From a bacterium (GTDB taxonomy: Bacteria; UBA8248), in the NCBI GenBank assembly GCA_965221165.1, contig CBDCRP010000003.1, positions 2,081,924 through 2,145,923 on the forward strand: a DNA stretch of 64,000 nucleotides. Reading direction: 5' to 3'. Numbering within the stretch: the stretch's first letter is position 1; every line of letters begins with the position of its first letter. A program made the position numbers and the translations under genes. The notes below the pieces were generated by a model. That model searched no databases. It saw nothing but the letters and a program-made list of their open reading frames with translations, and was not told where the DNA came from. Positions 29,663 through 39,777 of this stretch are shown in pieces.

Positions 29663-29700
29663 CGCCGGCAAGCCTCGGTGGCCCTAAGCGGAGCGCGGGC

Positions 29701-31398
29701 CTATTTGACGCGGCGCCAGTCGGCGATGTTCCACAATTCCGAATCCCAGGTGTTGAGAACCACGCCGCCCAGCGTTTTGGCATGGGCCGATACGCGGCCT
29801 CGGTCGACAAGCGGAATGAGGGCGTAGGCCTGCATCAGCATGTCGTTCATGGCCTTGGCGAGGCGGGCCCGCTCGCTGAGCGCGCCGGCCTTCGCCATCT
29901 TGGCGACGAGCGCGTCGTAGGCGGCGTCGCAGTAGCGCGGCACGTTGTTGCCCTGCCACTGTGTGGCGGGCCGCGGCGCTTCCTTGCACGCCCAGTTCGC
30001 CATGTAGGATTCGGGGTCCGTGCCGTCGAAGTTGTTGGCGTACATCTGCGCGTCGGCGCGGAATTTCTGAAACGTGTCCCCGCTGCCCGGGTCGCCGCCG
30101 AAAAACACCGAGGCGCTGATGTTGCGAAGTTCGGTCTCGACCCCGATCTTGGACCACCACTGCTTGATGAGCGCCTGAAAATCCTGACGCACGGCGTTGG
30201 TGGAAGTCTGGTAGAGAATCGAGATCTTGACACCGTTTTTGCGCCGCACGCCGTCTTCCCCGCGCTTCCAGCCCGCAGAATCGAGCAGCTTGTTCGCGCC
30301 GGGGATGTCCTGTTTGAGACACCCATCGTTGGCGGTGGATTTATAGATGGCGGGCGCGGGGAGAATGTTGCACGTCGGCCTGCCCGCTGCGCCGTAGCCG
30401 ATCTCCACGAGCAGCTTGCGGTCGATGGCCATCGAAAGCGCCTTTCGTACGCGCGCGTCTGCGAGAAACGGATGGGGGTATTTCGCGGTGGAGCGTTCCT
30501 TGCCGAGTTTGGGATCGGGATTCGTGAGGTTCACGACGATGCGCTCGACCAGCGTGCCGAACGAGGAGATGACCACCCCCTTGCCCGCTCTTTTCATGTT
30601 CGCCAGTACGTCGGGGGCGAGTTGCAGGTTCCAGGCGTAGTCGAACTCACCGGTTTCGAGCACCGAGCGGCCCGCCGCCGCCGCACCGCCGCCTCCCTTG
30701 AAGGTCACCCGCGCGAAGGCCGGCTTGGCCGGGTCGCGGTAGTTGCGGTTGGCGACGAAGGAGATGACGTCGTTGGGACGAAACTCGGAGACGGAAAACG
30801 GGCCCGTGCCCACGGGCTTGAAATTGGCGGAAGTGCACCGGGGCGCCTTGGCGCCCAGGCAGTCGGCGAACTGCGCGGCCTGGATGATCGGAGCCTGCGC
30901 GCCGACGAACGGCCCGTAGGGAAAGGGTTTCGCGACGCCGAAGGTCACGCGCACCGTTCGCGGGTCGAGAGCCTCCACGTTTTTCACGTCGTTGTATTTC
31001 TCGCTCTGGGAGCAACCCCCTTGGGGATGCGTGCAGTATTTCCACGTGAAAACCACGTCCTTTGCGGTGAGGGGCGTTCCGTCCGCCCATTTGACCCCGC
31101 TCTTGAGCTTCCAGGTGATGCTGCGCAAATCCGCCGCCACGCCGCCGTTTTCCAGCGTGGGAACTTCTACGGCGAGCCAGGGCCTCATGTTTCCGTTCTG
31201 GTCGTAGCGCGCGAGGGGCTCCAAAACCAGCGATGCGGCCTCTATCTCCTTCGTGCCGCCCGAGAGATAGGGGTTCATGGTGGAGGGCGCCTGCCAGTAG
31301 ATGATGCGCAGGTGCCCGTCCGCGCCGCGCGCGGCCTGCGTAGCCTGCGCGATGAATAAACTGATGATGGCAATGATGAGTGTGAATGTGGTTTTCAC
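29701..31398 (-). CDS. Peptide ABC transporter substrate-binding protein (family 5)
   Basis: Signal peptide, WKLK.GVKW.DG.P.TA.DV.FT, PVGTGPF; GTG start after GAGG. Confidence 0.92.
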   Translation of the reverse strand: MKTTFTLIIAIISLFIAQATQAARGADGHLRIIYWQAPSTMNPYLSGGTKEIEAASLVLEPLARYDQNGNMRPWLAVEVPTLENGGVAADLRSITWKLKSGVKWADGTPLTAKDVVFTWKYCTHPQGGCSQSEKYNDVKNVEALDPRTVRVTFGVAKPFPYGPFVGAQAPIIQAAQFADCLGAKAPRCTSANFKPVGTGPFSVSEFRPNDVISFVANRNYRDPAKPAFARVTFKGGGGAAAAGRSVLETGEFDYAWNLQLAPDVLANMKRAGKGVVISSFGTLVERIVVNLTNPDPKLGKERSTAKYPHPFLADARVRKALSMAIDRKLLVEIGYGAAGRPTCNILPAPAIYKSTANDGCLKQDIPGANKLLDSAGWKRGEDGVRRKNGVKISILYQTSTNAVRQDFQALIKQWWSKIGVETELRNISASVFFGGDPGSGDTFQKFRADAQMYANNFDGTDPESYMANWACKEAPRPATQWQGNNVPRYCDAAYDALVAKMAKAGALSERARLAKAMNDMLMQAYALIPLVDRGRVSAHAKTLGGVVLNTWDSELWNIADWRRVK

Positions 31399-31667
31399 TC
31401 TTCTATCCTCGCGTTTTAGGAAGGCTGACGGGTTCGTGCGCGGGTGCGCGCAAACGCGGAATATCCTAGAAGGCGAGGCGGGGAATTGCAACAGGAATCA
31501 TAAAATATTGCTGCTCACAACCCCATTTCAGAAGGAATGCGCCACCTTCTTCAATTCAACCCGAACACCGGATCTGACAGTAACCTAAGTCTCTTCGGGC
31601 CGTTCGATGAATCCATTGAGAGTCGTCCTCGTCCAATGGCAAACTCAATCCGACGGGCGTTGACAAA

Positions 31668-32150
31668 TCAAGGCAATGAAAGATGCTTCCGCACCCTTTT
31701 AATACCGCTTTGGCCGAGTCGCCGGAATTGAGGAGAATTCTTGGGAATATTGACACGAGAACTGGCAATCCACACAAAACGAATGTCGTCTTTGGCGAAA
31801 AATGTCATCTTCTTGAGTTGCTTGGCTTCGCTATTCAACCAGTCCCGCAACCACTGCAGTTTGTTGAGAACCGCAGAAACTTCCCTTGTCGTGGCCGAGT
31901 GCACTTCTACCCATACCGCGTGTTCCCGTCCGTTCTCTGGCTTGTAGCCGAGACCGTAATCCCAACGCGGTTTATCGGCATATCCCGGCTCTTGCGCCAA
32001 AGCCGAGTCCAGATAGATGCTCCCTGTCAGCCGTAGTGAATCTGTGCATGTTACTAGTCTGCGATGCCTATTCTCCAAAGCCTGTTTTCCGGGACAATAC
32101 GCGAGATTCACCGGGGGCGTCGCGGCCACGACCGCCTTCTTGAAGGTCAT
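31668..32150 (-). CDS. Hypothetical basic protein, possible PD-(D/E)xK-like nuclease
   Basis: RWDY...WVEVH.A....V..K motif; ATGA-coupled to the upstream ATPase; AT-richer composition. Confidence 0.55.
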   Translation of the reverse strand: MTFKKAVVAATPPVNLAYCPGKQALENRHRRLVTCTDSLRLTGSIYLDSALAQEPGYADKPRWDYGLGYKPENGREHAVWVEVHSATTREVSAVLNKLQWLRDWLNSEAKQLKKMTFFAKDDIRFVWIASSRVNIPKNSPQFRRLGQSGIKRVRKHLSLP

Positions 32151-33322
32151 GACGCATCGGTCGGCAGGCGGTTAGCGACTTCAGCGACAATGTCCCCTAT
32201 ATTGCCGGAGAATTCGGTAAGACCACCCCAGCCTCCTTCAGCGATATCATCCGATCCGGGATCGAGGTCGGATATGTCATGAACAAAGCCGTCCCGTTTG
32301 AAATAATATGTTCTGAACTCGCTCTTGAGAGCAGTACCTGCTAAATCCCGTGTTTTGTTAGTGCGAGGAAGGCCGAGAAGCTTCAGTACATCTCTGATTT
32401 CTCCGCCGTTCTCCTGAAAGAAGCGCAGCGCCCATACGACATCGAGGACATGGGGCGAATGAGTGGAGATGCAAACGCGGTATCCGCGTAACCGCAATTC
32501 CATGACAAGGTTGAGTACCGCGCCGATTCCGTTCGGATGCAGCCCCATTTCCGGTTCTTCGATCACAACCCATTCAATATCGTCACGGATCGGTACTCTG
32601 GATGGCGGTAGAAGCCAATACAGCCCAAGCAACAGCGGCACAAATTCACGCTGCCCGGCCGACCATACGAGGTAAGGTAGAACGCGATCGTGACCTGTAC
32701 TCGGATTCAGAACCAGACGCCCCTGGTGCCCAGAAGTATCCGTGCGCAGCCCGAAACCTCCAAAAATATGTCTTTCCAAAGGCTTTCGCAGGGTCGCCGC
32801 CAAGCGTTGTCGGCGCGGGAAGACATCTTCATCGAGACCGATTTCGTTTTGCACGATGCCGTGGAGCTTTTCACTGAAATCCCGCAGAACGAAGGGGTCA
32901 CCTGCCCGGTAATCCGTAAACGGACGGGTCATGCCGTCGCGCAGGCTCATGACCCGTTGAGCGGGAATATAAAACAGTTTTTCCGAAACATCGGACCGGC
33001 CTGGGCGTGTATAGTCCGTCAGGTCGGTAGGCTTACCCGACTGCCCCAGGATCAGGCTGCTGTTCTCCTCCGACCAGATCGATGCCATGCCTTCGCCGAA
33101 ATACAGATCGAAAAAGGTACTCGCATTGCCGCGGCCGCGCTGCGCCAAGCCGAAGTGCTTCATGGTCTTGTGTATTGCAATTTTGTCTACAAGTAGTTTC
33201 AGGAGTTGCAAGAAGATACTTTTTCCGGTCGCCTGGGGCCCAACGAATATTGTAACGTCGCCGAAGCGGATGTCCGCTTCATTGACTGGCCCGATTTTCT
33301 TTGCTCTTATTCGCTCGACCAT
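32147..33322 (-). CDS. AAA_21/AbiEii-like ABC-type ATPase
   Basis: Walker A GPQATGKS, YIPAQR, signature SAGQ, Walker B IEEPE..LHP, H-loop STHS; no TM segments. Confidence 0.85.
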   Translation of the reverse strand: MVERIRAKKIGPVNEADIRFGDVTIFVGPQATGKSIFLQLLKLLVDKIAIHKTMKHFGLAQRGRGNASTFFDLYFGEGMASIWSEENSSLILGQSGKPTDLTDYTRPGRSDVSEKLFYIPAQRVMSLRDGMTRPFTDYRAGDPFVLRDFSEKLHGIVQNEIGLDEDVFPRRQRLAATLRKPLERHIFGGFGLRTDTSGHQGRLVLNPSTGHDRVLPYLVWSAGQREFVPLLLGLYWLLPPSRVPIRDDIEWVVIEEPEMGLHPNGIGAVLNLVMELRLRGYRVCISTHSPHVLDVVWALRFFQENGGEIRDVLKLLGLPRTNKTRDLAGTALKSEFRTYYFKRDGFVHDISDLDPGSDDIAEGGWGGLTEFSGNIGDIVAEVANRLPTDAS

Positions 33323-33580
33323 GCCCAAGCTGCCTTCGAGTTAACCGTTTCTACTCATCATGAGCACCACTATTATTATGCTATTGTGTCAAAAAACCTG
33401 GCGTTCTACCAACCTTGCTCAACTTTGAAATCGATTTCCCAGTTCAAGGTTGGAATCCAGAACCGATGCGTTTCTCGTCCGCCTAGTCAACCTTGCGGTT
33501 GCCACCAGCGTGCGCCGGAATGACGGTTTCTTCGTTCGTCTTTTGGTTCGGTGATAAGAAGTTCGATCCTTGCCGCTCCT

Positions 33581-33646
33581 GTAGGGGCCGTTCACAAGAA
33601 CGGCCCACGTTCACAAGAACGGCCCACGTTCGCGAACGGCCCCTAC
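33581..33646. repeat. GTAG-type REP palindrome with internal 19-bp tandem duplication
   Basis: GTAGGGGCCGTTC...GAACGGCCCCTAC 13-bp inverted ends; CGTTCACAAGAACGGCCCA x2 (33589-33626). Confidence 0.8.
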
Positions 33647-33726
33647 TTTTCTCTGGTTGTGTTAGAAAAGGGGAGACAATTCTCGCCTTTTGAGCGTTCA
33701 CGATGCTTCGACACCGTAAGAACCAA

Positions 33727-34542
33727 ATGGCAATCGCCGTTTTCCTGGCACTCGTTTGGATGGCGGCTTGGGGTGACGCTGCGCCGGGCGCGGGGCTGCC
33801 CAGGCGCATCATCGGCTCAGACGGAGCGCCCTTGGTCCTCGTGCCTGCGGGGGAATTCGTGATGGGCTCGCCTCCGGGCGGGTATATTTTCGGTGATAAC
33901 GAAACGCCTCTCCGCCGGATTTTCCTGAAAGCCTTCTACATTGACAAGTACGAGATAACCAACCGGCGCTTCCGCAAGTTTTTAAGACCCGTGGAGCGCT
34001 ACGCGGGCTCGTTCGAGGAGCCCGGCCAGCCCGTGGTGGGCGTCACCTGGTTCCAGGCGCGCGATTATTGCGCGCGCGTGGGCAGGCGCCTGCCCACCGA
34101 GGCGCAGTGGGAGAAGGCGGCGCGCGGGGCGGATGGGCGCATCTACCCGTGGGGGGATGAGCGGGCGACGTGCGCGCGGGCCGTCATGGGCGGTGAGATT
34201 CCCTCCTGCCGCAAGGGGTTCGCCACCTGGAGCGTGGGGAGCAGGCCGCTGGGCGCGAGCCCCTACGGCGCGATGGACATGGCGGGAAACGCCACGGAAT
34301 GGGTGGCGGACTGGTACCGGGGGAATTTCTACGCGCACATGCCCCGGAAAAACCCGAAAGGCCCGGGTGCCGGAAGCCTTAAAGTTTTACGAGGCGGCGC
34401 GTGGTTCAACAGCCGCTTTTTGATGCGCTCCGCCTTTCGCACCGGTTTTGCGCCCTATGAGTCGAACCACGGGGTGGGGTTCCGCTGCGCCCGACCGGCT
34501 GTTGTGGGCCTGGTGCAAAGGGCTGGCCGACAAGGGGGGTGA
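33727..34542 (+). CDS. Formylglycine-generating enzyme (SUMF1/FGE-sulfatase) domain protein, exported
   Basis: FVMGS, IDKYEITN, RLPTEAQWEKAARG, DMAGN..EW, RGGAW, GFRC motifs; signal peptide. Confidence 0.9.
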   Translation: MAIAVFLALVWMAAWGDAAPGAGLPRRIIGSDGAPLVLVPAGEFVMGSPPGGYIFGDNETPLRRIFLKAFYIDKYEITNRRFRKFLRPVERYAGSFEEPGQPVVGVTWFQARDYCARVGRRLPTEAQWEKAARGADGRIYPWGDERATCARAVMGGEIPSCRKGFATWSVGSRPLGASPYGAMDMAGNATEWVADWYRGNFYAHMPRKNPKGPGAGSLKVLRGGAWFNSRFLMRSAFRTGFAPYESNHGVGFRCARPAVVGLVQRAGRQGG

Positions 34543-34551
34543 TGCGCAGTT

Positions 34552-34701
34552 GTAGGGTCAGACATATATGTCTGCCACCTGCGTGTCCGCCCGCAACGGA
34601 AAGGTCCCCGACTGCCTAAAGGCGAACGAGAAGAATACGAACCGCGTCTAAACAAACTGGGCGAAAACATAATCAGGGCGGACACGCAGGTCCGCCCCTA
34701 C
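34552..34701. repeat. Inverted pair of GTAG-type REP hairpins (REPIN-like)
   Basis: GTAGGGTCAGACATATATGTCTGCC at 34552 and GGGCGGACACGCAGGTCCGCCCCTAC ending at 34701. Confidence 0.65.
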
Positions 34702-34900
34702 CCAAAACCCGGGTTCCCACCCACCCTCCATACGATAAGCGCTCGGCGATGATGGTTCGATTCTCGCCATCTTTATGGCAGGGACAGCCCCTTCTCGGGG
34801 CCGTCCCACAGGTCGCGACCCGTTCCTTCGGAGTGTTCCTTCTTTCTTTGGCTGAGATTGCCGTCATTCCGGTGTGAATTCCGACCGCGCCAGGCGCGCC

Positions 34901-35320
34901 TCAGGGCTCGGGCAGCCTCCATATGCGAGGCGATGCCAGCTCCACGCTGTTGCCGGCCGGGTCTCTGAAGTAGATGGAGCGTCCGCCGCCGGGCCAGTCG
35001 ACCTCTTTTTCGATCTCCACGTTCTGTGCGGCCAGCCGCTCCCGCCAGGAGGCCATCTCGGCCTCGCGGATGGAGAACGTCACGTGCCCCGGCCCCACCG
35101 CGCCGTGCGTCGGTACGCCGAGCTTCATGTCGGGCCGGGAGGTCGCCTCCGGGTTGAAGACGAGAAAGACCGCATGCGGCCCGCAATGAAAGAAAACGTG
35201 CCGACCGGGCGCTTTCTGGAACGCTTCGAGCCCCAAAACGGAGTGGTAGAACGCCTCCGCCGCTTCGAGATCCTCGGCGTAGACGCACGTTTCCAGGACG
35301 CCCGAGACTATGAGGCTCAA
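34901..35320 (-). CDS. VOC/glyoxalase family protein
   Basis: LETCVY..DL.AAE.FY..VLGL, HG..G.GH, SIYFRDPAGN.VEL; start probably TTG 35320. Confidence 0.88.
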   Translation of the reverse strand: MSLIVSGVLETCVYAEDLEAAEAFYHSVLGLEAFQKAPGRHVFFHCGPHAVFLVFNPEATSRPDMKLGVPTHGAVGPGHVTFSIREAEMASWRERLAAQNVEIEKEVDWPGGGRSIYFRDPAGNSVELASPRIWRLPEP

Positions 35321-35321
35321 C

Positions 35322-36098
35322 TCATCTGCCCTTCCATTCGGGTTTTCTCTTCTCCAGAAAAGCGCGGAGCCCCTCCACCTTGTCCTCGGTTTCACACAGC
35401 GCGCCCTGCGCGAATTTCTCGAGCGCCAGACCCGCCGTCATGCTGCCCTCCATGCCGAAGTGCACCATGGCCTTCATGAACTGGGGCACGAAAGGAGCGT
35501 AGCCCGCCAGTTTTGCGGTCATCTTCCTGACGGTGGGCATGAGTTCCTCAGGCTCGACCAGCCGGGTGATGAGGCCGACCTCGAGTGCGCGCTTTGCGTC
35601 GAGGGTTTCTCCCATCAGGAGCATTTCCATCGCCCAGGCCCGCCCGATGAGGCGGGGCAGGCGCTGCGTGGCGCCGCCGCCCGGGATGATGCCGATTCTT
35701 CCCTCCGGCGTGGCGAACTTGGACTGGGGCGTCGCGATCCGCAGGTCGCAGCCGAGCGCCACCTCGAGACCCCCGCCCATGCAATAGCCGTTGATGGCGG
35801 CAATCGTCGCCTTGGGCGTTCTCTCCAGACGCTCCGCCACTCCCTGCACGAGAGGAGTGAGCGCGATTGCGAGATTCCTGTGTTCGACTTCCCCCAAATC
35901 GGAACCCGAGGCGAAAGCCTTCCCGCCCGCTCCGGTGATGGCGATGGCGCGGACGGCCTCGTCCCCTGCCGCCTCTGCGATCGTGGCGTGCAGATCATCC
36001 AGCGTGGCCAGGGATATGGCATTATGCCGCTCGGGGCGGTTGATGGTGATCAGGGCGAGAGGCCCATCGACTTCATACAGCACGTTTTCGTATGGCAT
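35322..36098 (-). CDS. Enoyl-CoA hydratase/crotonase family protein
   Basis: INRPE..NA, AINGYCMGGGLE, PGGGATQRL, FLEKRKP motifs. Confidence 0.92.
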   Translation of the reverse strand: MPYENVLYEVDGPLALITINRPERHNAISLATLDDLHATIAEAAGDEAVRAIAITGAGGKAFASGSDLGEVEHRNLAIALTPLVQGVAERLERTPKATIAAINGYCMGGGLEVALGCDLRIATPQSKFATPEGRIGIIPGGGATQRLPRLIGRAWAMEMLLMGETLDAKRALEVGLITRLVEPEELMPTVRKMTAKLAGYAPFVPQFMKAMVHFGMEGSMTAGLALEKFAQGALCETEDKVEGLRAFLEKRKPEWKGR

Positions 36099-36161
36099 GT
36101 CCGTCCTTTCTCGTAAGTGGCTTGGGGCTATTGTATTTCTCTTTTTGGGAGAAGGAAAAGC

Positions 36162-36689
36162 ATGCCGCCTGAAAAGGTGAGGGAGGTGACGCGATGCGCC
36201 CCCATGAAATACGGGCGGTACCGGTATTTTCTGGAGGTGCGGATTTCAGAAAACCCCACGCGCACACTCGCCGTCGTCTTAAAGAACCCATCCACGGCGT
36301 CGGTTGAGAGAAGCGACCCCACCGTGGGGAAAGTGGAGGCCTGGGCGCGTAGGAACAGATTCGGACGCATCCGGTACGTGAATCTCTTCGCGCTTCGCTC
36401 CCCTTATCCCAAGGAGTTGAATGTCCACCCATACCGGGTGATGGTGGGCAGGGAGAACGACCCCTGGATAGAAAGGAGCATCGAGGGCGCGGACGTGGTG
36501 TTGGCCGCCTGGGGGAACCCGAACGGAATCGACCTGAAGAAATACGACATGAGAATCGCCCAAGTCTCGCGCCTGCTCGATGAGACTTGTGTCCGCGCCC
36601 TGGGGCCTCCCACCAGACTCGGCTACCCCCGGCACGGCCTCATGTGGAACGGGAGGTTGAAATTGCGCAGATGGCCGCTCAAGAATTAA
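36162..36689 (+). CDS. DUF1643 family protein
   Basis: YRY.L, NPSTA....DPT, NLFALRS..P, END, AAWG, PRH motifs. Confidence 0.82.
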   Translation: MPPEKVREVTRCAPMKYGRYRYFLEVRISENPTRTLAVVLKNPSTASVERSDPTVGKVEAWARRNRFGRIRYVNLFALRSPYPKELNVHPYRVMVGRENDPWIERSIEGADVVLAAWGNPNGIDLKKYDMRIAQVSRLLDETCVRALGPPTRLGYPRHGLMWNGRLKLRRWPLKN

Positions 36690-37678
36690 GCGTCTCTCAC
36701 AATCTTGTTTTTCAGGACCCCGATTCCCTCGATTTCCAGTTCGATGACGTCGCCGGGCCTTATCCATTTGTCCAGATCCGCCCCGCAGCCCGTGGCCACG
36801 GTGCCCGAGCCGAACATCTCGCCCGGAACGAGTTCTTCTTCCATCGATGCGTACTCGATCATCTTCGTCCAGGAGTAGTAGGCGTCGCCCGCGTTGCCCC
36901 GGCTCCATTCCTCGCCGTTGACGCGGGCGATCATCACCGCGTCGGCCGGGTCGAACGCATCCGCCGTGACGACGCACGGGCCTATGGCCGTGCCGAAATC
37001 CTTGCCCTTGTGCGGCCCGAGCCAGTTCTTCATCTCGTTGATCTGGATGTCGCGCGCGCTGAAGTCGTTCAGCACGCTGAAGCCGAAAACGTGATCCATG
37101 GCGTCTTCCTGGCTGATGTCCTTGCCGCGCTTTCCGATGAACATGGCGAGTTCGAGTTCATAGTCGAGCTTTTCGGTGTAGTGCGGCCATGGGAGTTCAT
37201 CCCCGGGACCGATGATGGTCAGGCGGTTTCCCTTGTAGCAGGAGGGAAGCTCGTACCAGATGGGGTCGATCGCCGTGTTCCGCCGCCGCGCGCCCGCGGC
37301 CTTGTGGCCTTCATGTATGAGAAAATCACGAAACGTAACGGGTTGCGGCACCGGGGGGCGCAACCGCGCTTCGGAAAGGGGGAAGGTGAGCTGTTCCCCG
37401 CCCGGCCCGCGCTTTGTGGGGTTCGCCAGGATGAACCCCTGCGCCGCCCGGGCGGCGTCCAGGGATGGCGCACCGCCCGCTATGAGTGCGCACATGTCCT
37501 GGGGAAGCCTGAAGTCGGCATATTCACGAAAACGAGGCTCCTCGCCCTCTTCCTGAAGGAGCGCGGCGTAGCCGTGGGCGAGGTCCAAGGCGATTTGGCC
37601 GCCTGAGCCTTCCGCCAGAGCGCCGACGCGCGAGACGTTTCCAAGGGGGGTGGGGACTTCAAACGTAACGAATTTCAT
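36686..37678 (-). CDS. Fumarylacetoacetate hydrolase family protein
   Basis: LDYELEL, NDFSARD.Q, KGKDF, GSGT motifs. Confidence 0.92.
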   Translation of the reverse strand: MKFVTFEVPTPLGNVSRVGALAEGSGGQIALDLAHGYAALLQEEGEEPRFREYADFRLPQDMCALIAGGAPSLDAARAAQGFILANPTKRGPGGEQLTFPLSEARLRPPVPQPVTFRDFLIHEGHKAAGARRRNTAIDPIWYELPSCYKGNRLTIIGPGDELPWPHYTEKLDYELELAMFIGKRGKDISQEDAMDHVFGFSVLNDFSARDIQINEMKNWLGPHKGKDFGTAIGPCVVTADAFDPADAVMIARVNGEEWSRGNAGDAYYSWTKMIEYASMEEELVPGEMFGSGTVATGCGADLDKWIRPGDVIELEIEGIGVLKNKIVRDA

Positions 37679-37828
37679 TGCGCTCTCCATGAATGAGGCC
37701 GGTGATGTGAAAGTTTTCAGATTGTCTGGAAAATAGCATAATTCCCCTCGCGCGAGGAGGCGAAGCGCGCCGAATGCTCCAGACCAAACATCGTGAATCC
37801 AAGAAGTTATAAAAAATCCCGCAAGGGC

Positions 37829-37857
37829 TTGACTTCAGTTATGGCTGCGGTTAGCTT
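37829..37857 (+). promoter_or_regulatory. Putative sigma70 promoter of the atp operon
   Basis: TTGACT-17bp-TAGCTT. Confidence 0.5.
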
Positions 37858-38000
37858 TAAGCGTTTTTCGGGGCCGGAGATCAAGCCATGTCCCTGAAAA
37901 TCATGCGAATTCATACGCCATTCCCCGACGGTTTTCGTGGCAGAGCCTGAACCTTCCGGGGATGGGTTTGTGTCCTGTACGGATGATGGCAGAGGGAGCG

Positions 38001-38579
38001 ATGGTCCGCCTTTTTCTTTTGAAACGATTCGCGCTCGGTTTGACGCCCGTTCTCATGCTTCTGGCCGTACCGTCCATTTCCTGGGCGGCGAGCGCCCCGC
38101 AGAGCGGATTCGGCGCCTGGCTCACGAGCTTCAACGTGGGAAGCGGCGCTCTCATCATCAACCCGATCGTCATCCTGGTTCAATGGGCCAATTTTCTGAT
38201 CCTTCTGGTCGTCCTCAATAAAATTCTGATTAAACCCCTGATGAACCACATGGAATCGCGCGATGCCCAGATATCCGGCGATCTCGAAGCCGCCGAGCGC
38301 GACAGGAGCGAGGCGACCGGTTACATCAGCCAGTACGAGGATGCCCTGGCGGAAATTCAGCGCGAGAACACCGAAGCCCTCATCGCGCTCCAGCAGGAGA
38401 TGACCGAGGCGAGCCGCAGGCGCCTCGATGAGATTCGCGAGAGAACAGGCCGCGAGATTGAGGAAACGCGCCAGTCCATAGCGGTGCAGGCGAAGCAGGC
38501 GGCTTCCGAACTCGAGAGCGGCGCCGGCCGGTTGGCGGGTGAAATCGCCACCAGGCTTGCGGGCCGCAGCATCGGATAA
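38001..38579 (+). CDS. ATP synthase F0 subunit b'
   Basis: QWANFLILLVVLNKILIKP..R followed by coiled coil; first of two b-type genes. Confidence 0.88.
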   Translation: MVRLFLLKRFALGLTPVLMLLAVPSISWAASAPQSGFGAWLTSFNVGSGALIINPIVILVQWANFLILLVVLNKILIKPLMNHMESRDAQISGDLEAAERDRSEATGYISQYEDALAEIQRENTEALIALQQEMTEASRRRLDEIRERTGREIEETRQSIAVQAKQAASELESGAGRLAGEIATRLAGRSIG

Positions 38580-38594
38580 AGGATACCAAGAGCC

Positions 38595-39197
38595 GTGTTT
38601 TCAGAAAAAAAATATGATGGCCTTTTAGGTCTTTTGGTTGTAGCGGCGGCCCTGCTTTCGGCAGAGTGGGCTCTGGCCGCAGAAGCCGGCGCGCATCATA
38701 AGGCGTTCAGCTTCACCGAGGAACTCTTCAAGCTCGTCAACACGCTCATCGTCGTGGCGATCCTTTACAAGTTCGCGTTCAATCCCATCAAGAATTTCCT
38801 GAAAGACAGGAGGGAAGGGATTCACAAGGCGCTCGAAGAATCCCAGGCGGCCCGCGAGGAGGCCGAAAAGCAGCTTGCCGAGCAGAGAGCCAAGGTAGCC
38901 GACCTGGAAGCCGAACTCGTCCGCGTTCGCGAGCAGGGTGCGAAAGAGCGCGGCGCGATGCGGGAAAGACTCGAAGAAGAACAGGAAAACCAGGCGCGGC
39001 GCCTGCTCGAGCAGACAAAGACGACCATCGAACTCGAGGCGTCTAAGGCGCGCGCGGAGCTTCAAAGCCAGGCGGCGAGTCTGGCGGTGGGCCTGGCCGA
39101 GGAGATGCTCAAAAAAGAGCTGGGCGAGGCGGATCAGAAAAGGTTCGTCGAGAATTACCTCGCCAAAATCGACGATAGAAACGGAGGTTCACGGTGA
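38595..39197 (+). CDS. atpF: ATP synthase F0 subunit b
   Basis: TM helix, PIKNFL.DR..GI, coiled coil; precedes the delta subunit. Confidence 0.88.
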   Translation: MFSEKKYDGLLGLLVVAAALLSAEWALAAEAGAHHKAFSFTEELFKLVNTLIVVAILYKFAFNPIKNFLKDRREGIHKALEESQAAREEAEKQLAEQRAKVADLEAELVRVREQGAKERGAMRERLEEEQENQARRLLEQTKTTIELEASKARAELQSQAASLAVGLAEEMLKKELGEADQKRFVENYLAKIDDRNGGSR

Positions 39198-39736
39198 CTG
39201 GTGGCGAGGCGCCGCGCCGCTACGCGCGGGCATTGGTGGACATCGCCGAGAGCCGGGACGCTCTGGATGAGACCGGAGAGGCGCTGGCGGAGATAGCGAA
39301 TCAATTTCAGGGAAATCAGGAGTTGCGGCGCGTTTTGCTCAACCCGCGTTTCGCGCGAAGCGAGCGGGTGAAGATACTGGACGAAATCATGACCGCATCG
39401 GGCGCGAGCGAGTTGTTGCGCAATTTCGTGCGCGTGGTGGCCGAAAAAGACCGAATCGGCGAATTATCCGACATGGCGCACAGCTACCGGCAGCTTGCGG
39501 ATGAAAAGCGCGGCCGCGTTCGCGCCCATGTGAGGGCGGCGTACGACCTGGACCCCGAGGCCGCCGAGAGGCTGCGAGAAAAACTCTCCGAGATCACCGG
39601 CGGCGAGGTGCTCATGGAAGTGGAGACGGATGAAAAACTGATTGGCGGGCTGGTCTGCCACGTGGGCGGCGTCCTCATGGACGGCAGCGTCAGCAACCAG
39701 CTTCGCAACTTAAGGAATACGTTGATTACGAGTTGA
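39194..39736 (+). CDS. atpH: ATP synthase F1 delta
   Basis: RRYARAL, LIGG...DGSV..QL motifs. Confidence 0.93.
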   Translation: MTGGEAPRRYARALVDIAESRDALDETGEALAEIANQFQGNQELRRVLLNPRFARSERVKILDEIMTASGASELLRNFVRVVAEKDRIGELSDMAHSYRQLADEKRGRVRAHVRAAYDLDPEAAERLREKLSEITGGEVLMEVETDEKLIGGLVCHVGGVLMDGSVSNQLRNLRNTLITS

Positions 39737-39777
39737 TACTCTCTGAAGAACCAGTTGAAGGATCAAGGGGGCAATCC

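Noticed and set aside
33581-33646. Possible mini CRISPR array
   Set aside because: The 19-bp units are directly abutted with no unique spacers and there are no cas genes; it fits a REP palindrome.
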